Shown here piece after piece: positions 49,508-59,798 of a stretch of 64,000 nucleotides of DNA. A program made the translations under genes and the position numbers. Each line of letters opens with the position of its first letter. Within the stretch, counting starts at the first letter, position 1. Source of the DNA: an uncultured Acidobacteriota bacterium (GTDB taxonomy: Bacteria > Acidobacteriota > Thermoanaerobaculia > Multivoradales > SZUA-115); the NCBI GenBank assembly GCA_963805975.1, contig CAWDVR010000001.1:320001-384000 (forward strand). The letters are read 5' to 3'. The notes beneath the pieces were generated by a model. The model worked only from the letters and a program-made list of their open reading frames with translations, made no database searches and had not been told where the DNA came from.

Positions 49508-51448
49508 TCAGGGCGGGGCCTCGGCCCCTCTGTCCGGCGTGATGCGGAACGCCACCACGGGCAGGGGACGGGCGCCGCCCTCGAAGACCTGGGTGACGCC
49601 GGGCCGGCTTCCGAAGTCGGCGACCTGCTGCCTCTTCGCCCGCCCCCAGCGCTCCGGAGGATGGATGATGACGTGGCTCACGCCGAGCGAGCGGAGGACC
49701 TCGAGCGTCTCGTCGTCGGGAATGGGGAAGCAGCAGCGGCCGAGGAGCGCGTAGTAGGTGGGTGGGATGAAGCCGCTGTAGCCGTTGATCAGCGGCTTGT
49801 GGTGGAACGTCTGGCGGTACATGTAGCTGATGTCCGGGAGCACTTCGCCAGCCGGCAGCTCGAGCACGGCGGTCACGTCCGGCTGGCGGCCGAGCCACTG
49901 GTAGACGGGCTCCAGCCCGGCCTCGTCCGGCACCGGGTTCCAGGCCATGGCGCGCGGCACGAGCTCGCCGCCGATCGCGACCAGCAGCAGACCCGTCACC
50001 ACGGCGCCGTGCCGTCCTGGCCAACGCCGCGCCAGCCGGTCCAGGGCGAGAGCCGCCAGCCAGGCGACGGCCAGCGACACGAAGACGTAGAAGCGGGCCG
50101 GCACCCGCATGCGGTCGAGGCCCGGCAGCACCTCGGCCATGGGCACGAAGACGATCGGGAAGCTGAAGAGGAAGCTGATCCCGCCGGCGGCGAGGAGGCC
50201 GCGCTCCCAGCCGCCGCGGCTCAGGGTCCAGGCCGGCCAGCGGCCCGTCCACCTGCGCGAGAGCCCCAGCCACGCGAGCAGGGCCACGCCCAAAAGCAGC
50301 GCCGGCCGCCGGTAGCCGTGCAGGCCGACCGAGGCCCGGAACAGCGTCAGCCGCTCGAGGTTTCGCAGCGTGTGCAGCTCGCCGAGCAGCCAGGCGAGCG
50401 CGGCGACGGTGAGGAGCACCGCGAGCAGGAGGCGCCGGCGGGAGGAGAGCGGAACGGCCGATTGCCGCTCCCGCTCGCGCCACAGCCCCGCCAGGCCCAT
50501 CACGGCGAGCAGGGTGGGCAGGAAGCCGGCGAAGAGCGTGTTCTCCGGCCGTTGGAGCGACCAGAGAGTGTCGCCGAAGTACCAGTTGCTGATCCCCGGC
50601 ATGAAGTAGCTCACGGCCGAGGCCCCCCAGTGCCGCCACTCGCTCATGCCGCGCTCGAGGTCGAGGCCCGTGGGCACCGTGTAGGGATAGAAGACCGCCG
50701 CCAGCAACAGAATGCAGCCGAGGGCCACCGGCGCGAGAACGGCCAGCGAGCGGCGCGAGAAGAGCTCGGACCGCAGCTCGCGGGCGCGCACGGCGAGGAT
50801 CGCCGCCATCGGCAGATGGATCATGTACGCGAGGTAGTTGCCGCCGCTCAGGTGCAGCGCGTAGAAGAGGAGGAACAGCACCGCCTTCTTGCCGGTGCGC
50901 TCGGCGAGCAGCCGGTCCCAGAACCAGAGCACCAGCGGCACCCACTGCGCGAGGAGGATCTGCAGGTGGCTGCGCTGGTCCATCCGGAACGGGGAGAAGG
51001 CGAAGATCAGCCCGCCGGCAAACGCCGCGGCCCGGCCCAGCCCGCACTGGCGGAGAACCCAGAACGTGGCGAGCCCCGAGAGCACGAACGAGGACAGAAA
51101 GAGGAAGTTGTAGGCCGCGACGGCGTTCGGCACCAGGGCGGTGAAGAGCGCGACGAAGGCCGAGGGCCCCAGCAGGTGGTCCGAGAGAGTGATCGTGCGC
51201 TCTAGAGGGAAGAAGAACGGCGCGCTCCAGTAGTCCGGCAGCCCCGCCGCCCACTGCCCGGCCCCCCACTTGAGGATCGAGAGGTTGAACAGCGGGTCGC
51301 CCAGGTCGGGAGCGATGGCCGAGGAGAGATCGCCCCAGCCGGGCCGCAGGCAGAGAAGCGTGAACGCGAGGTAGAGGAGCGCGGCGAGCCCGAGGCCGAG
51401 CACGCTCCGCGCGGGTGAGGATCTCGGTGCGGAGGAAGGCGAGCTCAA
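49508..51448 (-). CDS. Polytopic membrane protein, GT-C-fold glycosyltransferase-like
   Basis: GDPLFN..ILKW, FFP...TITLSDH, FAFSPFR...[19 protein letters not shown]; many TMs. Confidence 0.7.
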   Translation of the reverse strand: MSSPSSAPRSSPARSVLGLGLAALLYLAFTLLCLRPGWGDLSSAIAPDLGDPLFNLSILKWGAGQWAAGLPDYWSAPFFFPLERTITLSDHLLGPSAFVALFTALVPNAVAAYNFLFLSSFVLSGLATFWVLRQCGLGRAAAFAGGLIFAFSPFRMDQRSHLQILLAQWVPLVLWFWDRLLAERTGKKAVLFLLFYALHLSGGNYLAYMIHLPMAAILAVRARELRSELFSRRSLAVLAPVALGCILLLAAVFYPYTVPTGLDLERGMSEWRHWGASAVSYFMPGISNWYFGDTLWSLQRPENTLFAGFLPTLLAVMGLAGLWRERERQSAVPLSSRRRLLLAVLLTVAALAWLLGELHTLRNLERLTLFRASVGLHGYRRPALLLGVALLAWLGLSRRWTGRWPAWTLSRGGWERGLLAAGGISFLFSFPIVFVPMAEVLPGLDRMRVPARFYVFVSLAVAWLAALALDRLARRWPGRHGAVVTGLLLVAIGGELVPRAMAWNPVPDEAGLEPVYQWLGRQPDVTAVLELPAGEVLPDISYMYRQTFHHKPLINGYSGFIPPTYYALLGRCCFPIPDDETLEVLRSLGVSHVIIHPPERWGRAKRQQVADFGSRPGVTQVFEGGARPLPVVAFRITPDRGAEAPP

Positions 51449-51551
51449 GGGACGGTTGGGTGCGAGCCAGGCTGATTCGACATTCCAGCCTAGGGGGCCG
51501 ATAAGAGTCTGTCAAGCTCTGCGGCGCGCTCGCGCTAAGCTCGGCAGCCTG

Positions 51552-52844
51552 ATGCCCGGTCTCCGCCAGCGGGTCGGCCAGTGGGTGGTCGCGGGCACCG
51601 AGCGCCTGCTGCGCTGGGGGCTCGCCGGGCGGCTGGACGCCGCACCGCGGCCACCGGCGGTCGCCGGCCTCGAGGCGCGCACGGACGAGCTCAACGCCGC
51701 GGCGGAACGCTACTTTGCAGGACGCACCGACCGCGAGTACCAGCTCGGCAAGCCCTTCACCGACCCTCTCGAGCTGCCGCAGTACCTGTTCAACGCGGGC
51801 ACGCTCCTGCACTGGCTGCGGGCAGGCCCGGGGGACACGGTGGCCGAGATCGGGGCCGGCGCCTGCTGGCTCTCCCACTTTCTCAACCTCTACGGCTGCC
51901 GTACGTTGGCGATCGACGTCTCGGAGACCGCGCTCGCTCTCGGCCGCGAGCGCTTCGAGCGCGACCCGCGGACGCGCCGGGAGCTAGATCCCGCCTTCCT
52001 CACCTACGACGGCCACCGGCTGCCGATCGACGACGGCGGCTGCGACCGCATCGTCCTCCACGACGCTTTCCACCACCTGCCCAACGCCCGCGAGCTGCTC
52101 TCCGAGATGGCGCGGGTGCTGAAGCCCGGCGGCATCGTCGCCATGTCCGAGCCCGGGCGTTTCCACTCGCAGAGCGACAGCGCCAGGGCCGAGGTGGCGG
52201 AGACCGGCGTGTTGGAGAACGACGTGGTGGTGGAAGAGCTGGCCGCGGAAGCCCTGGCGCGCGGCTTCACCCGTGCCACGGTGGTGCCGCTCGCCTTGCG
52301 CACGCCGTTCGAGATCGAGGCGCAGCGTTTCCCGGCCTTCCTCCGTGGCGAGCGGATGATCGAGCACTGGCGGGCCGTGACCGCGGAGCTCCTGGCCCAC
52401 CACTACCTGCTGCTCTACAAGGGCGAGCCGCGTCCCACCACCCGCCGGCCGGGGCGGCTGGAGGCCGCCCTGCGCTTTCTCTCTCCACTGCCGGCCGAGA
52501 TCGCCGCCGGCGGGCGCGTCGCGGTGAGGCTCGAAGCCTGGAACCAGGGGGACACGCGCTGGCTCGCGAGTACCACCGGGCAGGCCGGCTGGACCCGGCT
52601 GGGCATCCACCTCGAGGCCCTCGACGCGCCCGCGCAGTCGGACTTCGACTGGCAGCGCGCCGATCTGCCGGCCGACCTCGAGCCCGGCGAGCGCACCGAG
52701 CTGGCCTTCGAGCTGGCGCCCTTGCCGGGACCGGGCCGCTACCGGCTGGTCTTCGACCTGGTGGCCGAGCACGTCACCTGGTTCGCCGAGCGCGGCTCGC
52801 GCCCGCTCTCGGCCGAGATCACGGTGCGCACACCAGAGGGCTGA
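51552..52844 (+). CDS. SAM-dependent methyltransferase with C-terminal Ig-like (NBR1/FW-like) domain
   Basis: [26 protein letters not shown]; C-terminal NQGDTRW...RLGIH...DLEPGE...[18 protein letters not shown]. Confidence 0.85.
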   Translation: MPGLRQRVGQWVVAGTERLLRWGLAGRLDAAPRPPAVAGLEARTDELNAAAERYFAGRTDREYQLGKPFTDPLELPQYLFNAGTLLHWLRAGPGDTVAEIGAGACWLSHFLNLYGCRTLAIDVSETALALGRERFERDPRTRRELDPAFLTYDGHRLPIDDGGCDRIVLHDAFHHLPNARELLSEMARVLKPGGIVAMSEPGRFHSQSDSARAEVAETGVLENDVVVEELAAEALARGFTRATVVPLALRTPFEIEAQRFPAFLRGERMIEHWRAVTAELLAHHYLLLYKGEPRPTTRRPGRLEAALRFLSPLPAEIAAGGRVAVRLEAWNQGDTRWLASTTGQAGWTRLGIHLEALDAPAQSDFDWQRADLPADLEPGERTELAFELAPLPGPGRYRLVFDLVAEHVTWFAERGSRPLSAEITVRTPEG

Positions 52845-52889
52845 GCGGCGGCCTGCCTGCCGGGGCGCTGCGATATGCTCCCCCGCCGT

Positions 52890-53594
52890 ATGCCGAAGCT
52901 GTCGGTGGTCATCCCCGTCTACAACGAGCGGGAGACGGTGACGCAGTTGCTCGAGCGCGTCGCCGCGGCGGCGTTGCCGGACGGTCTCGAGCGCGAGATC
53001 GTGGTGGTCGACGACGGCTCGCAGGACGGCACGCGCGAGGTGCTGCGGGGAGTCGCCGAGTCCGGGCGGCTGCCGATCCGCTACTTCGAGCAGCCGGTCA
53101 ACCAGGGCAAGGGCGCGGCCATCCGCCGCGGCTTCGCCGAGGCCACCGGCGACTTCCTGCTCATCCAGGACGCGGACCTCGAGTACGACCCCCGGGACTA
53201 CCCGGTGCTGCTGGCGCCGATCCTCGCCGGCGAGGCCGACGTGGTCTTCGGCTCGCGCTTCCTGGGCGGGCCGCATCGCGTGCTCTTCTTCTGGCACTAC
53301 GTGGGCAACCGCTTTCTGACCACGCTCTCCAACATGATGACCGACCTCAATCTCTCGGACATGGAGACCTGCTACAAGGTCTTCCGCCGCGAGGTCCTGG
53401 AAGGCGTGGCGCTCAAGTCCAACCGCTTCGGCATCGAGCCCGAGCTCACCGCCAAGTTCGCCAAGCGCCGGGCACGGATCTACGAGGTGCCGATCTCCTA
53501 CCGGGGACGCACCTACGCCGAGGGCAAGAAGATCGGCTGGAAGGACGGCTTCTCGGCGATCTGGGCCATCCTGCGCTTCAACCTCTTCGGGTAG
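52890..53594 (+). CDS. Glycosyltransferase family 2 (polyprenol-phosphate glycosyltransferase-like)
   Basis: [60 protein letters not shown]. Confidence 0.95.
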   Translation: MPKLSVVIPVYNERETVTQLLERVAAAALPDGLEREIVVVDDGSQDGTREVLRGVAESGRLPIRYFEQPVNQGKGAAIRRGFAEATGDFLLIQDADLEYDPRDYPVLLAPILAGEADVVFGSRFLGGPHRVLFFWHYVGNRFLTTLSNMMTDLNLSDMETCYKVFRREVLEGVALKSNRFGIEPELTAKFAKRRARIYEVPISYRGRTYAEGKKIGWKDGFSAIWAILRFNLFG

Positions 53595-53642
53595 GAGCAT
53601 GGCTCTCAACTCTTCGCGGGTGGGCTCCGTAGAACCATCGGC

Positions 53643-54605
53643 ATGACGACCTCCACCCTCGAAGCGCCGGCCATCGCCTTTGCCGCGGCACCCATCCGGC
53701 GCCTCGAGGAGCAGATCGGCCGCGTGGTGCGCGGCAAGCCGGAGGTGATCCGGCTGGCGGTGATCGCGCTCCTCGCCGAGGGGCACGTGCTGGTGGAGGA
53801 CGTGCCCGGGGTCGGCAAGACCACCCTCGCCCAGGCCCTCGCCCGCTCGCTGGGCCTCGCCTTCCAGCGCATCCAGTTCACCAGCGATCTCCTGCCCTCG
53901 GACATCATCGGCGTCTCGGTCTACAAGCAGGACGCGCAGGTCTTCGAGTTCATACCGGGCCCGATCTTCGCCGGCGTGGTGCTGGCGGACGAGATCAACC
54001 GCGCCACGCCCAAGACGCAGTCGGCGCTCCTCGAAGCGATGAGCGAGGGCAAGGTCTCGGTGGAGCGCAAGCGCTACAGCCTGCCGCGGCCCTTCCTGGT
54101 GCTCGCCACGCAGAACCCGCTCGAGTACCAGGGCACCTATCCGCTGCCCGAGTCGCAGCTCGACCGCTTCCTGATGTCGCTGCGCGTCGGCTACCCGCCG
54201 GCGGCCGAGGAGCGGGCGCTGCTCCTCTCCGGCGGCGTCGAGGAGATCCTCGCCGGGCTCACGGCCGTGGTCAGCCGCGACGAGCTGCTGGCGCTCCAGA
54301 GCGAGGCGCGGCGCATCCGGGTGGCGGAGAAGCTCGCCGACTACATCCTGGAGCTGGCCAACGCCACGCGCCACGGCGGCGACTTCCTGCTCGGGGTGTC
54401 GACCCGCGGCGCGCAGGGCCTCTTTCGCGCGGCCCAGGCGCTCGCTCTCTGCGAGGGCCGCGAGTACGCGGTGCCCGACGACGTGCAGCGCCTGGCGGCG
54501 CCGGTCTGGGCGCACCGTGTGGTGCTGCGCCGCGGCGCCTCCGACCTCGACGCCAACCGCCGCGCCCTGGAGCGCCTGCTGGCCGCGACTCCGGTGCCGC
54601 TATAG
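53643..54605 (+). CDS. moxR: MoxR family AAA+ ATPase
   Basis: EDVPGVGKTT, RIQFTSDLLPSDI, ADEINRATPKTQSALLEAM, TQNPLEYQGTYPLPESQLDRF. Confidence 0.95.
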   Translation: MTTSTLEAPAIAFAAAPIRRLEEQIGRVVRGKPEVIRLAVIALLAEGHVLVEDVPGVGKTTLAQALARSLGLAFQRIQFTSDLLPSDIIGVSVYKQDAQVFEFIPGPIFAGVVLADEINRATPKTQSALLEAMSEGKVSVERKRYSLPRPFLVLATQNPLEYQGTYPLPESQLDRFLMSLRVGYPPAAEERALLLSGGVEEILAGLTAVVSRDELLALQSEARRIRVAEKLADYILELANATRHGGDFLLGVSTRGAQGLFRAAQALALCEGREYAVPDDVQRLAAPVWAHRVVLRRGASDLDANRRALERLLAATPVPL

Positions 54606-54611
54606 GAGCGC

Positions 54612-55634
54612 TTGACCACTCCGCGCGCCGCCCGCGCCGTGCCCGAGGGCATCCGCATCACCAAGGTCGGGCTCTGGTACATCCTCTTCACACTGCTCGT
54701 CGCCATCGCCGCCACCAACACCGGCAACAACGCCCTCTACCTGGTGTGGTCGGCGATGCTGGGCGTGCTGGTGGTCTCCGGCGTGGTGTCGCGCCAGAAC
54801 GTGCGGCGGCTGGCGGTCTCGCTCGAGCCGCCGGCCGAGGTGTTCGCCAGCCGTCCGTTCGGCCTGCGCCTCCGGGTCACCAACTGCGGGCGGTTCTGGC
54901 CGCGCTGGTTCCTGCTGGTCTCCGTGCTGCGCGACGGCCAGCCGTGGCTGGTGCCCTACCTCGCCTGCGGTGCCGCCGGGCGCGGTGACCTCGAGGTCTC
55001 GATCCCGCGTCGCGGCATCCATCCCCTGGGCGCCGTCCACGTGGCGAGCCTGTTTCCGTTCGGCCTCTTCCGCAAGGGCTCGCGCTACGCCACGGACCTC
55101 GAGCTGCTGGTCTTCCCCGAGATCTTCGCCGCCGCCTCGGCGGCGGCGCCGGAGCAGGGCGACCTGGGCAGCCGGCCGCACCGCCGCCGCGGCTGGGGGC
55201 ACGACCTCCATGCCCTGCGCAGCTTCCGCCCCGGGGACGACCCGCGCGGCATCCACTGGAAGCAGACGGCCAAGACCGGCGGCCTGGTGTTCACCGAGCG
55301 CGAGGCGGAGGAGAACCGGCGGCTCGCCATCCTCTTCGACAACGGGGTGGGCGAGCTCGGCGATCCGGCGCGTGCCGAGCGCTTCGAGCGGCTGGTCTCC
55401 GAGGCGGCCACCGCGGCCCTCGATTTCCTGGGCCGCGGCTTCGAGGTCGAGCTGATCACCCGCGGCGAGACCTGCGCGTTCGGCAGCGGGCCACGCCAGC
55501 GTCGGGCGGTGCTCGAGGCGCTGGCCCTGGTCGGGGGGGCGCCGCGGCAGGCGACGCCGCTCGCGAGCTCGGATCCGCGCGCCGCGACGCTGCGCCTGGC
55601 GCTCGAGCCCTCCGGCCGCACGGAGGCGGCGTGA
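54612..55634 (+). CDS. DUF58 domain membrane protein
   Basis: AATNTGNNALYL, FPFGLF, LRSFRPGDDPRGIHWKQTAK. Confidence 0.92.
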   Translation: MTTPRAARAVPEGIRITKVGLWYILFTLLVAIAATNTGNNALYLVWSAMLGVLVVSGVVSRQNVRRLAVSLEPPAEVFASRPFGLRLRVTNCGRFWPRWFLLVSVLRDGQPWLVPYLACGAAGRGDLEVSIPRRGIHPLGAVHVASLFPFGLFRKGSRYATDLELLVFPEIFAAASAAAPEQGDLGSRPHRRRGWGHDLHALRSFRPGDDPRGIHWKQTAKTGGLVFTEREAEENRRLAILFDNGVGELGDPARAERFERLVSEAATAALDFLGRGFEVELITRGETCAFGSGPRQRRAVLEALALVGGAPRQATPLASSDPRAATLRLALEPSGRTEAA

Positions 55635-57754
55635 GCTTCGGCCGCCAGAAGAGAATGCTGGTGGGCTTCCTCGCCCTGCTGGCGCCGCTGCCCCTGCCTT
55701 TCAACGACATCGTCTCCTGGCCGCTCTTCGGCGCCTACGCCCTCGCGGTCGGGCTCTTTCTGCGGCGGGCGGCGGCGGGCAGCGAGCGCTGGCTGCCGGC
55801 CTGGGGGATGAATCTCCTGGGCCTCGCCTATCTGCCGTTCTTCGCCCTCGACGTGCTGCAGCTCGCCTCCGGGGGGCTGGTCGGCCCGGTGGTGCACCTG
55901 CTCCTCTTCACCGTCGCCGCCAAGCTCTACGCCATGCACCGCGAACGCGACAAGTGGCAGACGCTGATGGCGATCTTCTTCCTCTTTCTCGCGGCGATGG
56001 CGACCAGCGTCCATCCGTTGGTGGTGGTCTACCTGGTGGCCTTCCTCGCCGGCGCGCTGCTCCTCTTCGTGCGCTTCGCCTTGCTCCACATCCTGGCGAG
56101 CTACGGCTTCCGGGACCCGGCCGCCGCCCTGGTGCCGCTCGGCCGCTTCCTCACCCTGGCCTGCCTGGCAGTGATGGTGACCTCGGTGCCCTTCTTCCTC
56201 TTCCTGCCGCGCATCAAGGCCCCGTACCTGGTGGCGCAGGGGGCGGGGGTCGGAGCGATGGCCGAGACCGTGGCCTTCACGGACGAGGTCACCCTCGACT
56301 CGATCGGCCGGGCGCGCGAGAACCCCGAGGTGGTGATGCGCCTCTCCTACGAGCACACGCCGGCCGATCCCGACCTACGCTTCAAGGCCGGGGCGCACGA
56401 CGTCTTTCGGTCCGGCGTCTGGCAGCGCACGGGCGGGGCGGGGGAGCCGCTGGCGCGCCGGCCGGGCGAGGACTTCTTCCGGCTGGGCGAGGCGCCGGTC
56501 GAGAACCGCGTCGCGGTCTGGCTGCGCCCGCAGGTGGCCAACCGCCTGGTGCTGCCGGTGGCCACGGCGCAGCTCGTGATCGACGCCTTCATGGTGGTGC
56601 CCACCCGCTGGGGCACGGTCGAGCTTCCGCAGCCCAAGAGCAACGTGGTGCAGTTCGAGGTCGGGCTGGCGGCCGAGCCGGTGCTCTTCGCGGCCGAGCC
56701 GGGTCTCCCCGGCGGCGGTGCGGACCGGGGAGGCGCGGCCGGGAGCCTGGACCTCGGGGCCGTCACCCCCGAGATCACCCGGCTGGCGGCGAGCGTCATG
56801 GGCGAGGGGAGCGACCGCGCCCGCACCGAGGCGCTGGAGCGCCATCTCGCCCAGGGCTACGCCTACAGCCTCGATTTCCTCGGCCGCACCGGCCGCGACC
56901 CAATCGCCGATTTCCTGTTCAAGTACAAGACCGGCGACTGCACCTACTTCGCGTCGGCCATGGTGCTGATGCTGCGCTCGCAGGGCATCCCGGCGCGGCT
57001 CGCCACCGGCTACCTGGGCGGCGAGTACAACCCGCTCGAGGGCTACTACATCGTCAGGCAATGGAACGCTCACGCCTGGGTGGAGGTTTACCTGGCGGGC
57101 GAGGGCTGGCGGGTCTTCGATCCCACGCCGGCGTCCGGCCGTCCGGGCCGCAGCCGCTCGGGGCTCCTGGCGGCGCTCGGCCAAGCCTACGACTACCTCG
57201 TCTTCCGCTGGGACCGCTACGTCATCACCTACGGCTTCGCGGACCAGCTCCGGATCCTGTTCGAGGTCCGTGACCTCTGGTCGCGCTTCTGGAACGAGCT
57301 CGGCGGCTCCGGCCGGCGGCAGCGGGCGGCTGAGGAAGAGCTGGCCGCGGGGCCGAGCGGCGCTGCCGCGGAACCCGAGCAGGATGCGGAGCCGCTGTGG
57401 CCCTGGCTGGCGGTGCCGGGGCTGGCGCTGGCCGCGGCCGGCCTCGCCCTGGCACTGCGCCGCCGCTCGCTCACCGCCACCGATGCCTACCGGCGCCTGC
57501 GCTCGGAGCTCGGCCGCCGCGGCCTGCCCACGTCCGCCGCGGCAGGCCCGCTGGCGCTCGGTGCCGCCGCCCGTGCCGCCGATCCCCGGCTCGCCGCTCC
57601 GGCCGGCCGCATCGTGGCCCTCTATCTGGACGAGAGCTTCGGCGAGCGGTCGATCTCCGACGCGGAGAGCTCCGAGCTCCGCCAGGCGCTCGCCGCCGTC
57701 CGCGAGCTCGGCCGCCGCCAGCCGAAGACGAGCCCACGTAAGGCCGCCGCCTGA
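55631..57754 (+). CDS. tgpA: DUF3488 + transglutaminase-like protein (TgpA-like)
   Basis: N-terminal TMs; GDCTYFASAM..MLR..GIPARLATGY.GGE, AHAWVEVY, W..FDPTP (Cys-His-Asp triad). Confidence 0.92.
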   Translation: MSFGRQKRMLVGFLALLAPLPLPFNDIVSWPLFGAYALAVGLFLRRAAAGSERWLPAWGMNLLGLAYLPFFALDVLQLASGGLVGPVVHLLLFTVAAKLYAMHRERDKWQTLMAIFFLFLAAMATSVHPLVVVYLVAFLAGALLLFVRFALLHILASYGFRDPAAALVPLGRFLTLACLAVMVTSVPFFLFLPRIKAPYLVAQGAGVGAMAETVAFTDEVTLDSIGRARENPEVVMRLSYEHTPADPDLRFKAGAHDVFRSGVWQRTGGAGEPLARRPGEDFFRLGEAPVENRVAVWLRPQVANRLVLPVATAQLVIDAFMVVPTRWGTVELPQPKSNVVQFEVGLAAEPVLFAAEPGLPGGGADRGGAAGSLDLGAVTPEITRLAASVMGEGSDRARTEALERHLAQGYAYSLDFLGRTGRDPIADFLFKYKTGDCTYFASAMVLMLRSQGIPARLATGYLGGEYNPLEGYYIVRQWNAHAWVEVYLAGEGWRVFDPTPASGRPGRSRSGLLAALGQAYDYLVFRWDRYVITYGFADQLRILFEVRDLWSRFWNELGGSGRRQRAAEEELAAGPSGAAAEPEQDAEPLWPWLAVPGLALAAAGLALALRRRSLTATDAYRRLRSELGRRGLPTSAAAGPLALGAAARAADPRLAAPAGRIVALYLDESFGERSISDAESSELRQALAAVRELGRRQPKTSPRKAAA

Positions 57755-57763
57755 TTCTCCGTC

Positions 57764-58629
57764 TCACCGGCCCGCCTTCCCTCCACCCGCACCAGCATCG
57801 CGAGCACCACACTCTCGACCTCCTGCGGGCGCCGCCAGGGCAGCAGGTGGCCGGCGCCGGGCAGGCGCCGGACCTCGGCCTGGGGGAGCACGCGGGCCAG
57901 GAAGTCGGCATTGGCCACCGGCACCAGCCCGTCCTGCTCGCCGTGGAGCACCTGGACCGGAACCCGGATCGAAGCCCAGAGAGGCAGCATCGCCTGGAGC
58001 TCGGCTCGAAGCGGCAGGATCTCGAGGTTGCTGGTCCGCAATTCGGGGGAGATCAGCCGGCCGACCCAGCGCCAGGCCGCCAGGTGGTTGTACCAGCGCA
58101 GCTTCTCGAACTCGGGGTCGGCGGGAGAGGAGACGAAGACCAAGCCGGCGACGAGCTCCGGATAGTCCATCGCCAGCCTGGCGATGACCAGCCCGCCGAG
58201 GGAATGGCCGACCAGGATGGCCGGCTGGGGCAGGATGGCGAGGAGAGGCGCGATCCGCGCCGCCTGCGCTGCGAGCGAAGGCTCGGCCCGGCCGGCGTCG
58301 GTGCCGCCGAACCCCGGCCGATCGACGGACACCAGCCAGGCTCGCGACGCGAGGTCCGGGTCGACGAGGAACTCGTGAAACGAGTCCCACGAGCCCGGGG
58401 AGCCGTGCACGAAGACCACCGGCACCTTACCGGGGTCTCCGCTCGTGACGTAGTGGAGCGGCCCGGCGGGCGTCGGGAAGATGGAGTCGGTGAGCGGTAT
58501 CTCGAGTGGGGGGATGGCAGCGGGCACGATCTCGGTCTTGGTCGCCACGGGTGGAAGGCAGCCCGCCGCCAGGATCAGGAGCCCTGCCCACGCGGTCCGG
58601 GGATGCAGGTCGAGGAAAGGGCGCATCAT
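57764..58629 (-). CDS. Alpha/beta hydrolase lipoprotein
   Basis: LAAGC lipobox, HGSPGSW, DRPGFG, GHSLGG, HGEQDGLVP, GAGHLL. The ORF as written runs to 57622 into tgpA; a TGA at 57764 in the adjacent frame is the likelier end. Confidence 0.88.
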
Positions 58630-58673
58630 GAGGGCAACCGCGAGCCTGGCAGCCTGGGCTAGGCTTGCGGCCC

Positions 58674-59495
58674 ATGCGTGTCGCCCTCGCTCAGCTCGCC
58701 ACCTCGCCGGACCGTCTGGCGAACCTCGATCGCGCCCTCGGCTCGATGCGCCGGGCCAAGGCGGAGGGCGCGGACCTGATCGCCTTCCCCGAGCTCGCCG
58801 TCGATCGCTTCTTCCCGCAGCGGCCCGGCGACGCTTCGGCGCGCGACCTGGCGGAGCCCATCCCCGGGCCCACGACCGAGCGGGTGGCCGCCCTGGCGCG
58901 TGAGCTCGAGCTGGTCACGGTGTTCAACCTCTACGAGCGGGACGGCGAGGGCCGCCGCTTCGACAGCTCGCCGGTCTTCGACGCGGACGGCAGCCTGGCC
59001 GGCGTCGCGCGCATGGTGCACATCACCGACTACGAGCACTTCCACGAGCAGGACTACTACCATCCCGGTGACCGTGGCGCGCCGGTGTTCTCGACTCGCG
59101 CCGGGAGGGTGGGCGTCGCCATCTGCTACGACCGCCACTTTCCGGAATACATGCGCGCGCTCGGCCTCGGAGGAGCGGAGGTCGTCGTCATTCCTCAGGC
59201 CGGCACGCTCGGCGAGTGGCCGGAGGGCATGTACGAGGCCGAGGTACGCACCGCCGCCTTTCAGAACGGCTACTTCGCGGCTCTCGCCAACCGCGTTGGC
59301 CGCGAAGAGGCACTCCACTTCGCAGGCGAGTCGTTCGTGGTCGATCCGGAGGGCCGGGTGCTCGCCCGCGGCAAGAGCGGCGACGAGGATCTGGTGCTCG
59401 CCGACCTCGACCTCGCCGCCGTCGCCGGCTCCACGGCGCGGCGCCTGTTCTGGCAGCACCGCCGGCCGGAGCTGTACCGCAACTGGTTTGCCTGA
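58674..59495 (+). CDS. Carbon-nitrogen hydrolase (nitrilase superfamily, N-carbamoylputrescine amidase/beta-ureidopropionase-like)
   Basis: MRVALAQ, FPEL, ICYDRHFPE, ANRVGRE, FAGESFVVDPEG, RRPELY. Confidence 0.9.
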   Translation: MRVALAQLATSPDRLANLDRALGSMRRAKAEGADLIAFPELAVDRFFPQRPGDASARDLAEPIPGPTTERVAALARELELVTVFNLYERDGEGRRFDSSPVFDADGSLAGVARMVHITDYEHFHEQDYYHPGDRGAPVFSTRAGRVGVAICYDRHFPEYMRALGLGGAEVVVIPQAGTLGEWPEGMYEAEVRTAAFQNGYFAALANRVGREEALHFAGESFVVDPEGRVLARGKSGDEDLVLADLDLAAVAGSTARRLFWQHRRPELYRNWFA

Positions 59496-59500
59496 AGCCT

Positions 59501-59770
59501 TCAATACTCCACGAACTCGTCGTCCGGGTAGCAGTACAGCCAGCGCTCGCCGGGCTCCGCCGAGGCGATCACCGGATGGCCGCTCGCCCGCGCGTGCCGG
59601 CTGGCGTGCTGGTTGGGTGAGCTGTCGCAGCAGCGCGTCGTGCCGCACTCCTGACAGGTGCGCAAATGGAGCCACTGCGCGCCGGTCTTCACGCACTCTT
59701 CGCACACCCGGTGCGCGGCGAGCTTGGGGGTCTCGATCGAAGCGATGTGAAGGCACGTCGAGGCGGGCAT
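59501..59770 (-). CDS. UBP-type zinc-finger protein
   Basis: CEEC...WLHLRTCQECG...CCDSSPNQHASRHA..SGHPVI.SAEPGE.W.YCY.D; strong GGAGAGGAG RBS. Confidence 0.92.
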   Translation of the reverse strand: MPASTCLHIASIETPKLAAHRVCEECVKTGAQWLHLRTCQECGTTRCCDSSPNQHASRHARASGHPVIASAEPGERWLYCYPDDEFVEY

Positions 59771-59798
59771 CGTCGTCTCCTCTCCTCCTGGCCGAGCT

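Noticed and set aside
57622-57763. 133-nt overlap between tgpA and the alpha/beta hydrolase as a real overlapping gene pair
   Set aside because: One extra G in the GAGGGA run would stop the hydrolase at the TGA at 57764, right after the fold ends; likely a homopolymer error.
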